The notes beneath the pieces are model-generated. The model searched no databases. It saw only the letters and a program-made list of their open reading frames with translations, and was not told the DNA's origin. The position numbers and the translations under genes were made by a program. Positions 16,214-24,297 of a stretch of DNA of 26,923 nt are shown in pieces. The stretch is from a virus (taxonomy: Duplodnaviria > Caudoviricetes). The first letter of the stretch is position 1. Each line of letters begins with the position of its first letter. Location of the stretch: positions 1 through 26,923 of the IMG/VR virus record IMGVR_UViG_3300032316_000803. One strand, written 5' to 3'.

Positions 16214-16459
16214 TCAGGGTTGCGGTTCGCTGGGGATGGTGATTCGCATGGCGTAAAGGAGCTTGGTCTGCTCCCTGACGGCGTTGGTTATGTCGCGCTG
16301 GGTAAGGGCCATTTCTTGCAGGAACTGCTGGTGGGCCGACACCATAGGCAGCACTACGTCGGTGCGAACAAACCACAGGATTGCCGTCGCCAGCACAAGC
16401 CCGAAGCCGTAGCGTTCGAGCATCCGCAATGCAGTCTCGTAAACTTCCACGCTACTCAC
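16214..16459 (-). CDS. membrane protein, holin-like (one TM plus coiled coil)
   Basis: GTGA-coupled start; YGFGLVLATAILWFV hydrophobic segment followed by a heptad-like tail. Confidence 0.65.
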   Translation of the reverse strand: MSSVEVYETALRMLERYGFGLVLATAILWFVRTDVVLPMVSAHQQFLQEMALTQRDITNAVREQTKLLYAMRITIPSEPQP

Positions 16460-16824
16460 GAGTATCCTTTCGCCTCCCGCTGCCATGCCGTCATCTTCAC
16501 GCGGTTAGCTGGCCGCTCCAGCCACCACTTGAGCAAAAGCTGCACGACGGCGGAAATCAGCGACATGAGGAGCATCGACAACAGCACAGAACCGTGCCTG
16601 CCCTGCCCTTCGTACCGACACTCTCCTGCCACAGCAGCCACAACGCGGCTGGCGGTGTCGCCTGACACTGCATCCACGCCATTCGCAAGCATTTCTTCCG
16701 CAGGCCAGTGCTTTATGGCGGACGAGGTCACCGCGTCAACGCGCTCGCGACCAAGCAGGCGCGCCCGCACGGGGAGGTGACTGCGGACGTAGTCGCACAA
16801 AGCGCTGACCGTCGCCTCGCTCAT
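16456..16824 (-). CDS. hypothetical protein with C-terminal TM segment (122 aa)
   Basis: ATGA-coupled start MSEATVSAL; SVLLSMLLMSLISAVVQLLLKWW. Confidence 0.75.
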   Translation of the reverse strand: MSEATVSALCDYVRSHLPVRARLLGRERVDAVTSSAIKHWPAEEMLANGVDAVSGDTASRVVAAVAGECRYEGQGRHGSVLLSMLLMSLISAVVQLLLKWWLERPANRVKMTAWQREAKGYS

Positions 16825-17066
16825 GGCTTGCACGCTCCGTTCGCGCACGGCGGTGCTGGTATCGTCATCTTCGGCCTGTTCTTGGCGCACGGACAGGTTG
16901 CGGGGCAACTGCACGGCCCCCTGTGCAGCTTGTCTCCAGACCAGACCATGCCTGTTCCCTCGCAGGCATCGCAGCACTTGCCAGCAGGCGCTGGCTGCGG
17001 AGTCGGGGCTGGCGACGGCGATGCGAACGCCAGCCAGACGGCGACTACAGCGGCGGAAATGCTCAT
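16821..17066 (-). CDS. secreted Cys-rich protein (81 aa)
   Basis: Signal-like MSISAAVVAVWLAFA, Pro-rich linker, CCDACEGTG, CSCPATCPC, CANGAC; coupled on both sides. Confidence 0.75.
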   Translation of the reverse strand: MSISAAVVAVWLAFASPSPAPTPQPAPAGKCCDACEGTGMVWSGDKLHRGPCSCPATCPCAKNRPKMTIPAPPCANGACKP

Positions 17067-18001
17067 CCAAGCACCTCCTTTGCGCCCCAGTCCTTGAGTT
17101 CCCGCTTCGGGAAGCCGTTGACGTTGCTCACGGCGTAGGTTCCGCCAGCCTCGATCATTCGGGTGGCGACAGCCTGCGAAATCCAGAACGATCCCTCTGG
17201 CTGGTCGTGTACGCGAGGGCCGGAAACCCAAGAAAATCCCCAAGAATTTTGTACGCAGAAGCGGCAGTCTCCCTTACGGGTGTCATCCGCAGCCGTCCAC
17301 TGCATCGCATGGGCCCACGACCCCTTCGGGAACAACATTCCCTCAGAGTTGCGGGTGGAGTTGAAGCCAACACCAGAGCAGCACACGAGGCCATACCCGG
17401 AGGCGATGCAGTCCCTCGCCTGCTGCCATGTGGTGACCAGAGAGATGGTGCCGACGCGGTGCTTGGATGCTTCTGCCGTGACGTTTGAGGGAACTCCACG
17501 ACTTCCCCAGCCGATCCCGATGCTGGCCTTGTACGAAGACAGGTCTAGTCCAAGCTCGGGATACCGCTTCCGAAGCATCAATCCGCCAGTACGGTGAGCC
17601 CAGCCGACGATCTCGGAGCAACTAGCACCCTGCCCCCCATGACCTCGAGCCCCGTACAGCGGCTCGGTAGCAGTCCGGTCGATCCAGTCCTCTGTGGTCT
17701 GGATGTCAGGGTCGTTCGCCCGTGCTTGATCGGAGCCGCCACGAACCGCCATCGACACACAGTCGCCTGTGGTCTGAACCTCGTCATACGGCACCCTGCC
17801 AGCCGCAGTCTCAAACGCTACCACTGCCTTGAACGGCAGCGACAGCTTGCCCTCGCCTGCCCCAGACAAAGTGTCTCCGAACAAAGGCATCGGCAGGGAC
17901 GCCAGCAGCCGCTCGGTTGCCTCCGGGTCGCAGTAGGCACCCACGAGTCCATGCTCGTAGGCGTCTACAATCTCTGCCGGAGAGGCAAACAACTCGCTCA
18001 T
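17063..18001 (-). CDS. papain-like (C1 family) cysteine peptidase
   Basis: QTTGDCVSMA (oxyanion Gln, catalytic Cys), AHAM (His), QNSWG (Asn). Confidence 0.85.
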   Translation of the reverse strand: MSELFASPAEIVDAYEHGLVGAYCDPEATERLLASLPMPLFGDTLSGAGEGKLSLPFKAVVAFETAAGRVPYDEVQTTGDCVSMAVRGGSDQARANDPDIQTTEDWIDRTATEPLYGARGHGGQGASCSEIVGWAHRTGGLMLRKRYPELGLDLSSYKASIGIGWGSRGVPSNVTAEASKHRVGTISLVTTWQQARDCIASGYGLVCCSGVGFNSTRNSEGMLFPKGSWAHAMQWTAADDTRKGDCRFCVQNSWGFSWVSGPRVHDQPEGSFWISQAVATRMIEAGGTYAVSNVNGFPKRELKDWGAKEVLG

Positions 18002-18009
18002 TGCGCCCC

Positions 18010-18426
18010 CTACCGGATTTCTGCAAACGCTTTAGCCGCCGCATCTCGCGACGACGGCGTCAGTTGCGAGTCGGTCTTGCCGACAGCGTCGATGAGATAG
18101 GCGTCCAGCCTGTCGCCAAGCCCGGCATACTTTCCAACCATCCCGGTGGTGGCGAACGCCATCTGGAGAGCCGACTTGTGGCGTGCCCGCAGGTCGAAAG
18201 TTGTCTTGCACACCGGGTCTGGCGACTTTCCATCGCGGACCACGATGTCGGCCATTGCGGCGTAGAAGTCCCGCAGCAGCTTGGCATCCGCTGAACTCAC
18301 TCCAGCCAGTATCGTGGACGGAACCACCACCGGGCGCACTACTGGGCGCAGTGCTGGACCGACAACGCCGATAGCCGCCGAACACGCGGCAGCGATGAGC
18401 CCTGCGGCAATGATTGCAAGCCTCAC
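18010..18426 (-). CDS. exported or membrane-anchored protein, possible lipoprotein
   Basis: GTG start gives MRLAIIAAGLIAAAC, a hydrophobic leader with lipobox-like Cys. Confidence 0.7.
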   Translation of the reverse strand: MRLAIIAAGLIAAACSAAIGVVGPALRPVVRPVVVPSTILAGVSSADAKLLRDFYAAMADIVVRDGKSPDPVCKTTFDLRARHKSALQMAFATTGMVGKYAGLGDRLDAYLIDAVGKTDSQLTPSSRDAAAKAFAEIR

Positions 18427-18428
18427 GA

Positions 18429-18665
18429 CTACCTGCCCTTCCTCGCTGGGTTTACGAGAGCGTCGATGAGAGCCCTCGCAGCGACCGCCACCGCCTGCTC
18501 TCCAGCCGCGTCCGCGTCCGCCGTGAGGGCAAACAGGCGATTGACCCACACAGACCTGCTGGACGAAGAAATTCCAGAGGACGGCTTCGAGAACGGGATG
18601 TATGGATACGCGAACGCAGCGGCGGAAGCAGCGAGCGAAACCACGACGATGATGGCAACCGTCAT
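18429..18665 (-). CDS. small membrane protein (78 aa)
   Basis: N-terminal hydrophobic segment VAIIVVVSLAASAAAFAY; ATGA coupling, GAGG RBS. Confidence 0.7.
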   Translation of the reverse strand: MTVAIIVVVSLAASAAAFAYPYIPFSKPSSGISSSSRSVWVNRLFALTADADAAGEQAVAVAARALIDALVNPARKGR

Positions 18666-18937
18666 TCCGGCACCTCTGTCAGACTGACGGCTGTCGCCAG
18701 CTTCACGATGTAGTCCACAAGCTCACGCCCGGACTGGCTCATCAGAACGGCTTGAATCCGCTCCAGAAGGTCGTCGTCAATGTGAGTGTTAGTTTTCGAG
18801 GCGACGAACCGCATGAGTTTGAGCGCCCCGTCGATTTGCTCTTGAGCCGTTTTTGCGGCGGATATTTCCGACACAAGCGACAATGCTGGTGCCCACTCCA
18901 CAAGCTGCCGGATTTTGTCGCCTACCGTTTGAGCCAT
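18662..18937 (-). CDS. hypothetical protein (91 aa)
   Basis: GGAGAGG RBS; amphipathic, TNTHIDDDLLE. Confidence 0.75.
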   Translation of the reverse strand: MAQTVGDKIRQLVEWAPALSLVSEISAAKTAQEQIDGALKLMRFVASKTNTHIDDDLLERIQAVLMSQSGRELVDYIVKLATAVSLTEVPE

Positions 18938-19316
18938 TTGGTCGCCTCTCCGAGAGCCTTGAAACGTGCCTCACTAGGAGATTTATGTCCCTGCGAGGGC
19001 GGCCTCGTGACACTATTTTCCGACGCACCAGAGACTCCGAAATGCCTATATCCCGGCAGGCTTGAGAGAACGTGAACTCTCCTCCGCTCCCATGAAACAC
19101 CCACCGGAACGCGGCCACCTGTCTCCGCAGACTCTCTGCGGCCCCCTTCCCGGTGCGGTACACGATGTCGTGCCCGTCCCGGCGGTGTGCCTCGAACAGG
19201 TCAAGGCAGTGGCCGTAGGAGCGGATGACGACCTCGATGCAGAATCGCCGCCATCCGTCTTCGCAGAACTCCGTAATGTTCTGGTCGTCGTATTCCGGCT
19301 CAGGGAGCGCAATCAT
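18789..19316 (-). CDS. hypothetical phage protein, possibly DNA-binding
   Basis: ATGA-coupled start MIALPEP; AFRWVF..FTFSQACRDIGI pattern; last ~50 codons overlap the next gene. Confidence 0.7.
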   Translation of the reverse strand: MIALPEPEYDDQNITEFCEDGWRRFCIEVVIRSYGHCLDLFEAHRRDGHDIVYRTGKGAAESLRRQVAAFRWVFHGSGGEFTFSQACRDIGISESLVRRKIVSRGRPRRDINLLVRHVSRLSERRPNGSNGRRQNPAACGVGTSIVACVGNIRRKNGSRANRRGAQTHAVRRLEN

Positions 19317-19672
19317 TTGACCGGTGCCTCGCAATACCCAGTTCGCAGCTTGCCCTCGTTCAACTCCGGCCAGACCTCCAGCGAGTGAATCGCACCCATG
19401 ACGTTCCACGCGGCGTGACCAAGATGGTCCTCGTCGCGATTGCCAGACAGGAAAAGAAAGATGTGCCGCAGGGCATGGTTGATAAGGTCGTTCGCTGGCA
19501 TACCCTTCTCCCAGTTGAAGTCGTCGTACTTCCTCGCCCCTTCCGCACACGCCGCAGCCACCGCCGCCAGACCTATTGGCGTGATGAGGTCGTAGCGGAG
19601 AGACTCCGCGTCCGACGACCTGACCGCACCCGACGAATACTCGACCGCACTCCCCTTCACTTCCTTTATCAC
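19313..19672 (-). CDS. dATP/dGTP diphosphohydrolase domain protein (DUF5664-like)
   Basis: SGAVR..RYDLI..EGARKYDDFNWEKGM..HALRH..EDHLGHAAWN; GGAGG RBS, GTGA coupling. Confidence 0.88.
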   Translation of the reverse strand: MIKEVKGSAVEYSSGAVRSSDAESLRYDLITPIGLAAVAAACAEGARKYDDFNWEKGMPANDLINHALRHIFLFLSGNRDEDHLGHAAWNVMGAIHSLEVWPELNEGKLRTGYCEAPVK

Positions 19673-20184
19673 TGCGTCACCTCCAGAAAACGTGCCTCGA
19701 ACAACTCTCTTGCATCCTTCCACGAACGCGGCGTTAGACAGCCGCCGACTGGCTCTGCGTCGATGCCCCAGTCATGCTTCACAGACATGAGGGCATCCTT
19801 CTCGAAGATCAGCGCCCTGCTGTCCGCCTCCTTCACGGCCTGCGGAATCGGCCATCGCAGGCCGAACACCTTCGCGATCACCTTCTGAACGTGCCGCTCT
19901 AGCTCGACGTACTGCGGCAGCATCACCTTGAGCGGCCGGGAAACGTCGCCCAGATATGCCTCGCTCGCGTCGTGCATCAGCCCCCACAGGGCGTCCTCGT
20001 GCGACACCAGCTTCGACACGAGGACGCTGTGCTGCGCCACCGAGTAGGGCTGCGTCGTGTGACCAGTGAACCTATTCACGAGCGATAGCGCGTGGGCTAT
20101 GTCCGGGAGTCGAACGTCGCCCTCGCTGAACGCGCTCAGGTCAATAAGTTTTCCTGTGAATGTTTGCATTGTCGTGCTGTTCAT
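19669..20184 (-). CDS. HD-domain phosphohydrolase (YfdR/YfbR-like deoxynucleotidase)
   Basis: QTFTG..DIAHALS..RFTGH..YSVAQHS..LMHDASEAYLGD..PLK..ADSRAL..E. Confidence 0.9.
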   Translation of the reverse strand: MNSTTMQTFTGKLIDLSAFSEGDVRLPDIAHALSLVNRFTGHTTQPYSVAQHSVLVSKLVSHEDALWGLMHDASEAYLGDVSRPLKVMLPQYVELERHVQKVIAKVFGLRWPIPQAVKEADSRALIFEKDALMSVKHDWGIDAEPVGGCLTPRSWKDARELFEARFLEVTQ

Positions 20185-20657
20185 TCCTCGTACTCCTGAC
20201 AAATGAGCGGCGTCACTGGCGAAAGGTCCGCCTTCGGAACGAAGTACGCCTCGCCATATCCGCCGTAGTTTTTCCGATACCTGTCCGCCTTTGCGTCCTT
20301 TCCTCGCAGCCAGCCATGCACGACGAAGTCGTTCGGACCGCCCGTCACGAGGACGAAGATGTCGCCGTCCGCATCGCCGTCCCGCACGAGCAGGTCGTAG
20401 TCTGGCTTCGACCGCGTCCGCACTTGGATCGCACCAACGTCGCCTCCGTTCTTGAAGGTGTTCACGCTCCCAGACCAGTACCTGCCGGTGGCCTTCGCAA
20501 AGGCGCACTCACCGAGAGCGCCGAGAATGTGAACGTGCCACTCGCTGTCGTTTGTGGGTCTTGAGTTTTCGAGCCCTTTTCTTAGTGCTTCTACGTTTCG
20601 GCTTACGCCGACCAGTGCTGCGCGGCTCACCTCGAACCACTCCAGCCTCACCCTCAC
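20181..20657 (-). CDS. hypothetical phage protein, probably restriction-endonuclease-like fold
   Basis: GALGECAFAK..GDVGAIQVRT..FVLV..GW..YFVP; start uncertain (GTG 20657). Confidence 0.7.
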   Translation of the reverse strand: MRVRLEWFEVSRAALVGVSRNVEALRKGLENSRPTNDSEWHVHILGALGECAFAKATGRYWSGSVNTFKNGGDVGAIQVRTRSKPDYDLLVRDGDADGDIFVLVTGGPNDFVVHGWLRGKDAKADRYRKNYGGYGEAYFVPKADLSPVTPLICQEYEE

Positions 20658-20757
20658 TGGGCGCGCGGAGTCTGATCCACCCGTCGTCGTCTGGTATCGG
20701 GGAGCCATAGTCTTCCTCGTCGTCGTCTTCAATCGGGCTGAATGGTTTGTCCGACAT
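20509..20757 (-). CDS. small protein with acidic N-half and basic C-half (82 aa)
   Basis: TGATG coupling to upstream gene; MSDKPFSPIEDDDEEDYGSPIPDDDGWI; 3' half overlaps the next gene. Confidence 0.5.
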   Translation of the reverse strand: MSDKPFSPIEDDDEEDYGSPIPDDDGWIRLRAPSEGEAGVVRGEPRSTGRRKPKRRSTKKRARKLKTHKRQRVARSHSRRSR

Positions 20758-21458
20758 CACTGCGCGTCCATGACCTGCGAAACAAAGGCTGCGATCTGCT
20801 CCAGCGGAAACGTGACCAGCCACTCAGAGTCGTTGCGGCGATGCAGCACCACAGGAACCAACGAGCCGCACTGCTCTCTCGACTTCTCCATCACGGCTGT
20901 CAGGTTCAACGCCTGCACGCGCTTGACCTCGAGCCAGAGGTTCGGAGTTCCCGGAGCGATGAGGTCGCTTGCGCTCTCGGTGCCAGAGTGCTGCTGGCTG
21001 CGCCGTGCGTGCGCTCGCGGCACGAGGCGGTTCCATTCCGCCGCAGCCTCCAGTTCTCCACGCTTGCCCTTCTGCCGACTGTTGATTGCCATGCGAACTA
21101 GCTCCGTTGGGATTCCGTTCTTTCGCCGCCACTCCAGCAGGTACTCAGGAAGCGGCTCAGGGCCGTACCCGAGATGGCGCTTGTGACGCAGCGCCGCAAG
21201 AAACTCCGGGTCGTAGTTGGCGTCGTCGCACTCACGCTTGGCCGTGAGGCACTGCCCCTTCGAGAGGTTGTTTTTTCCTCCGAAGTGCAGGCCGTCGTGG
21301 CACCACACGCAGAGCCGCAGGAGCGCCCGCCGATCATGCACGCGACCGGCCCCCTGCTGGAGGTGGTGGATGTGCAGTGCCTGCGAGCGGCTCCAACAGA
21401 CCGCGCAGAACTGCATCTGCGCGGCGAAGGCCGATAGTTCTTCTCGCCCATCGCTCAC
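20757..21458 (-). CDS. HNH-like zinc domain fused to Holliday junction resolvase-like PD-(D/E)XK nuclease
   Basis: CAVC..HIHH..LCVWCHDGLH, then MAINSRQKGKRGELE..SDLI..LEVKR..PVVLHRRN..WLV; GGAGGAG RBS, GTGA coupling. Confidence 0.8.
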   Translation of the reverse strand: MSDGREELSAFAAQMQFCAVCWSRSQALHIHHLQQGAGRVHDRRALLRLCVWCHDGLHFGGKNNLSKGQCLTAKRECDDANYDPEFLAALRHKRHLGYGPEPLPEYLLEWRRKNGIPTELVRMAINSRQKGKRGELEAAAEWNRLVPRAHARRSQQHSGTESASDLIAPGTPNLWLEVKRVQALNLTAVMEKSREQCGSLVPVVLHRRNDSEWLVTFPLEQIAAFVSQVMDAQ

Positions 21459-21757
21459 TCCTCCTCCCTGTGGACTGCCTCCACGATGGCGGAAACGGCT
21501 CGCGAGAAGCTCTTGGCGTCCTCGACGGTGGAGAACTCAATCGTCCACTTCACCGTCGGGTGGCAGAACCCGTCGGTCGCCACGCCATGCTCGCGGACCT
21601 CCTCCACCCAGTTGTCCTTGCACGCCGCCAGCCCGGCGACGATGCGTGCGTGCATCAGCACTTCCTCGTTCTCCAGCAGGAATCCGCTCAACGCCCTCGC
21701 AAGAAATCCGCTCATGATCGTTACTCCCTTGAGAAAGTCGGACACTTCAACCTCCAT
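21455..21757 (-). CDS. hypothetical protein (about 100 aa)
   Basis: In operon, overlaps both neighbours; start could be an internal Met. Confidence 0.65.
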   Translation of the reverse strand: MEVEVSDFLKGVTIMSGFLARALSGFLLENEEVLMHARIVAGLAACKDNWVEEVREHGVATDGFCHPTVKWTIEFSTVEDAKSFSRAVSAIVEAVHREEE

Positions 21758-22013
21758 GTGTTTTCAGCCAGTTGGCCGCAGTCGCGAACCAAAACGACAG
21801 CAGCGTCAAGTCCTCAGCACTTGTCACATTCACCGTCCCGTCAGTCGCTATAACGACGACCGACTCCGTCGGCTGCTCCAGCCACAGCGGTGCGTCCGGG
21901 TCGCCGCCGACGATTTTCTCCATGACCGCCAGCCCCTCCTTCGGCCTGCACAGGGCAGCGAGCTTCGCTCCGTTCGAGCCCGTGTACTTCAACAGCACCA
22001 AGTCCTTAGCCAT
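21747..22013 (-). CDS. hypothetical protein (88 aa)
   Basis: ATG 22013 MAKDLVLLKY, first gene after the structured gap. Confidence 0.65.
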   Translation of the reverse strand: MAKDLVLLKYTGSNGAKLAALCRPKEGLAVMEKIVGGDPDAPLWLEQPTESVVVIATDGTVNVTSAEDLTLLSFWFATAANWLKTHGG

Positions 22014-22036
22014 CTCACTTCTCGCCGTGTGTGTAG

Positions 22037-22243
22037 ACCGCTTCCGTGCTGAGTAGGCCGTACTGGCCTGCATCAGCTACCCCGTACTGGGGTTGCGGTG
22101 TCAGCCTTATTTGGCCTCAACCTCAGCAAACCACCGGGACGTAGCGGCTTGGGCCGTGTCTGGCTTGCAGCAGGATCGAATACCTGCCCGTTGCCCGGAT
22201 TTCGTGCTGACACCACAGGACCGCTCGATCAAGTTCAGAGCGG
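22037..22243 (-). other. structured intergenic element (candidate ncRNA or replication origin)
   Basis: Several nested inverted repeats, including two hairpins with the same GTACT loop; no family recognised. Confidence 0.45.
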
Positions 22244-22296
22244 GTTCTTTAGGCTCGACCGTTTTCACTTCTTGAGCGCTGACCGTTACGAGAAAA

Positions 22297-22695
22297 TCAA
22301 CAGCGCTTTGTTTTGATTGTTCGGATGATTGACAGGTCGCTCCATTGCTCCGCTGCCCGCCAGCCAATCCACTTCCTTCCGTTCGTTGCGGCGACAGGGA
22401 TGCAGGCGACGGTGCCGCTGCGGACGTTGACGAGGATGAACGCATCGACTTCTGTGGGGCAGTACGTTCCCTTCCCGCCCTTGCCGCGCCGAAGACGGAT
22501 GCGGTTGTGGTTGGCGACAGAGAGGGCAGAGGAAGCCTTGACTTGGATTCGCCAATGCCTGCGGTTTGAGAACGCGAGCAAGTCGTAGCCGTAGTCCACA
22601 AGCGGCACGGCAACTTCGTACCCTGCACGCAGCAGCTTCTCGACCGCGACGGCGATTCCGATTTCGCAGATGACCCGACCATCTCGTGACTCCAT
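22297..22695 (-). CDS. PD-(D/E)XK endonuclease (PDDEXK_5, group I intron-associated type)
   Basis: L...GYEVAVPL..YGYDLL..RIQVKAS..Y..TEVDAFILV; GGAGG RBS. Confidence 0.8.
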   Translation of the reverse strand: MESRDGRVICEIGIAVAVEKLLRAGYEVAVPLVDYGYDLLAFSNRRHWRIQVKASSALSVANHNRIRLRRGKGGKGTYCPTEVDAFILVNVRSGTVACIPVAATNGRKWIGWRAAEQWSDLSIIRTIKTKRC

Positions 22696-22707
22696 TCACG
22701 CCTCCGT

Positions 22708-24297
22708 CTAGGGGCGATCTTGCCCCTGCTTCCGCCGCTCAAGCTCGCTGCGGACAGCGGCCTTGAACGGAGAATCCTTCTTCTGGGCCTCCATGACCCA
22801 AGACAGATACCCCTCCGGGATCGAGCGCAGAGGCTGGCCCCGATACTTGCCGTACATCATTCGCCAGCCCCGCTCCTTCTTGCCCTCAGGCTTGGCGAAG
22901 GGATCGCGAGTCTCGTGATCGAACGTGACTCCGACGAGCAGCGACTTGCGCTTCTCCAGAAGCTCCTGAGCCTGCTGCTCCAGAGCCTCCAATTCTGCCG
23001 AGTCGGCCTCTCGGATCGCCTCCATCGGATCGCAGCCGTCCATCGACAGGGCGGCAGCGAGCCGCTCACGGCGAGTCGGGGACTTCCGCAGCTTGGCGTC
23101 GAGAACGTCGAACACCGTCAGCAGTTGCTGGTTGCGAAGGTTTCCGGTCAGGTCGTAGTAGGAGAAGTGCGGCTTGCCGCTTGCGAGGATGGCCGCACGA
23201 CGCTCGTCTCGGGTCATCTCCGGGTGCAGCGTGCCGCCCAATGCACGGGTGCCTCTGCCGATTCGCTGCTCCAGCCTCGAAAGGCTCTTGGTCGGTGCTG
23301 CCGAATAGATGTTTCGGAGTTCTGGAAAGTCCCAGCCGAAGCCAAGAATCCCGACGTTGACGATGATCTTCCGCTCACCGCTGATGAAGGCGTCCATGTT
23401 CGCCTTCCGCTCATCCGGCCGCTGCTTCGAGTAGACGACGCTGGCGGCGACACCGTACCGCGAAAACACCTCCACCAGCAGCTTGGCCTGACGGATTGAG
23501 TGAGCGTAGACGACGCTCGGCTCTTGCCGGAACGTCGAGAGGACGAGCGACGTTACCTCCTGAGCGCAATGCTCGGCAGACAGGATGTCGCTCAGTTGCT
23601 TCCGATCCCAATCCCCAGCCACCTCGTCAACCATCGTCAGGTCGATGCTCTTGGACTCGCTCAGGAAGCACTTCGGCGGCACCAGCCATGCGTCATCCAG
23701 AGCCTGCCGCAACGTGTAGACCGACTGCGGGCGAGGAAAGTACCGCAGCCCCTTGCCCTTGCCCTTGTACGGCGTTGCAGAGAAGCCCACGACGGTCGCA
23801 CCAAGCGACTCGAAGTGGCAGAGCATCCGCTCCATCGCAGCGGTCATCTTGTAATGGCACTCGTCCACGCAGACCAGCGACACGCGGTCGTAGGCACGGG
23901 CCTTGTAGCGGTCGTTGGAGAGTAGGCTGTCCCGCGAGCCGACAATCACGCGGCTCCGCAGACCCTCAAGCCACTCAGCCCTGCTCCCTTGATGCTCAAC
24001 GTCGCACCGCTCCCCAAGACGAAGCTCAAGGCGGTCACGGCCCTGCCGCATGAGGTCGATCAGCGGCATGATGAACAGCGGGTGCTTCGCGATACGGCAC
24101 AGTTCTGCGACGACCTCTGTCTTGCCGGTGCCCACCGGCTGGCAGACAGTGATCCGTCGCTCGCCGTCCCTCGCAGCACGGCAAACGTCCTCAACAGCCT
24201 GCACTTGGTACTCCCGCAGGAACTGCCGCCTTTCGGCACGATCCACCTGCCGGGACACCTCAGCCGCACCGATGCACTCTGGGCAGTCGCTGTTCAT
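22708..24297 (-). CDS. SF2 DExH helicase with C-terminal GKY (DUF3820-like) domain
   Basis: LREYQ, PVGTGKT, DECH, SATP, GFGWDFP, QRIGRGTR; C-terminal MMYGKYRGQPLRSIPEGYLSWV. Confidence 0.92.
   Translation of the reverse strand: MNSDCPECIGAAEVSRQVDRAERRQFLREYQVQAVEDVCRAARDGERRITVCQPVGTGKTEVVAELCRIAKHPLFIMPLIDLMRQGRDRLELRLGERCDVEHQGSRAEWLEGLRSRVIVGSRDSLLSNDRYKARAYDRVSLVCVDECHYKMTAAMERMLCHFESLGATVVGFSATPYKGKGKGLRYFPRPQSVYTLRQALDDAWLVPPKCFLSESKSIDLTMVDEVAGDWDRKQLSDILSAEHCAQEVTSLVLSTFRQEPSVVYAHSIRQAKLLVEVFSRYGVAASVVYSKQRPDERKANMDAFISGERKIIVNVGILGFGWDFPELRNIYSAAPTKSLSRLEQRIGRGTRALGGTLHPEMTRDERRAAILASGKPHFSYYDLTGNLRNQQLLTVFDVLDAKLRKSPTRRERLAAALSMDGCDPMEAIREADSAELEALEQQAQELLEKRKSLLVGVTFDHETRDPFAKPEGKKERGWRMMYGKYRGQPLRSIPEGYLSWVMEAQKKDSPFKAAVRSELERRKQGQDRP

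Noticed and set aside
19313-20184. Z-genome (2-aminoadenine) biosynthesis cluster
   Set aside because: No purZ or DNA polymerase in the window, and both genes are common outside Z phages.
16994-20674. Partial motif matches (GCTGCGGAGTC at 16994, GCGGAGTCTG at 20665, AGACTCCGC at 19601)
   Set aside because: Only 9-11 nt, inside coding sequence, inconsistent in orientation and with no downstream hairpin; compatible with chance in GC-rich DNA.
22048-22093. Hammerhead ribozyme (minus strand CTGATGCA followed by a stem)
   Set aside because: The core needs CUGAnGA and GAAA after stem II; here it is CTGATGCA and TACT.
22037-22695. Group I intron carrying the PD-(D/E)XK endonuclease
   Set aside because: No recognisable P7 or J8/7 conserved sequences, no interrupted gene, and only 12 nt between the helicase stop and the endonuclease start.
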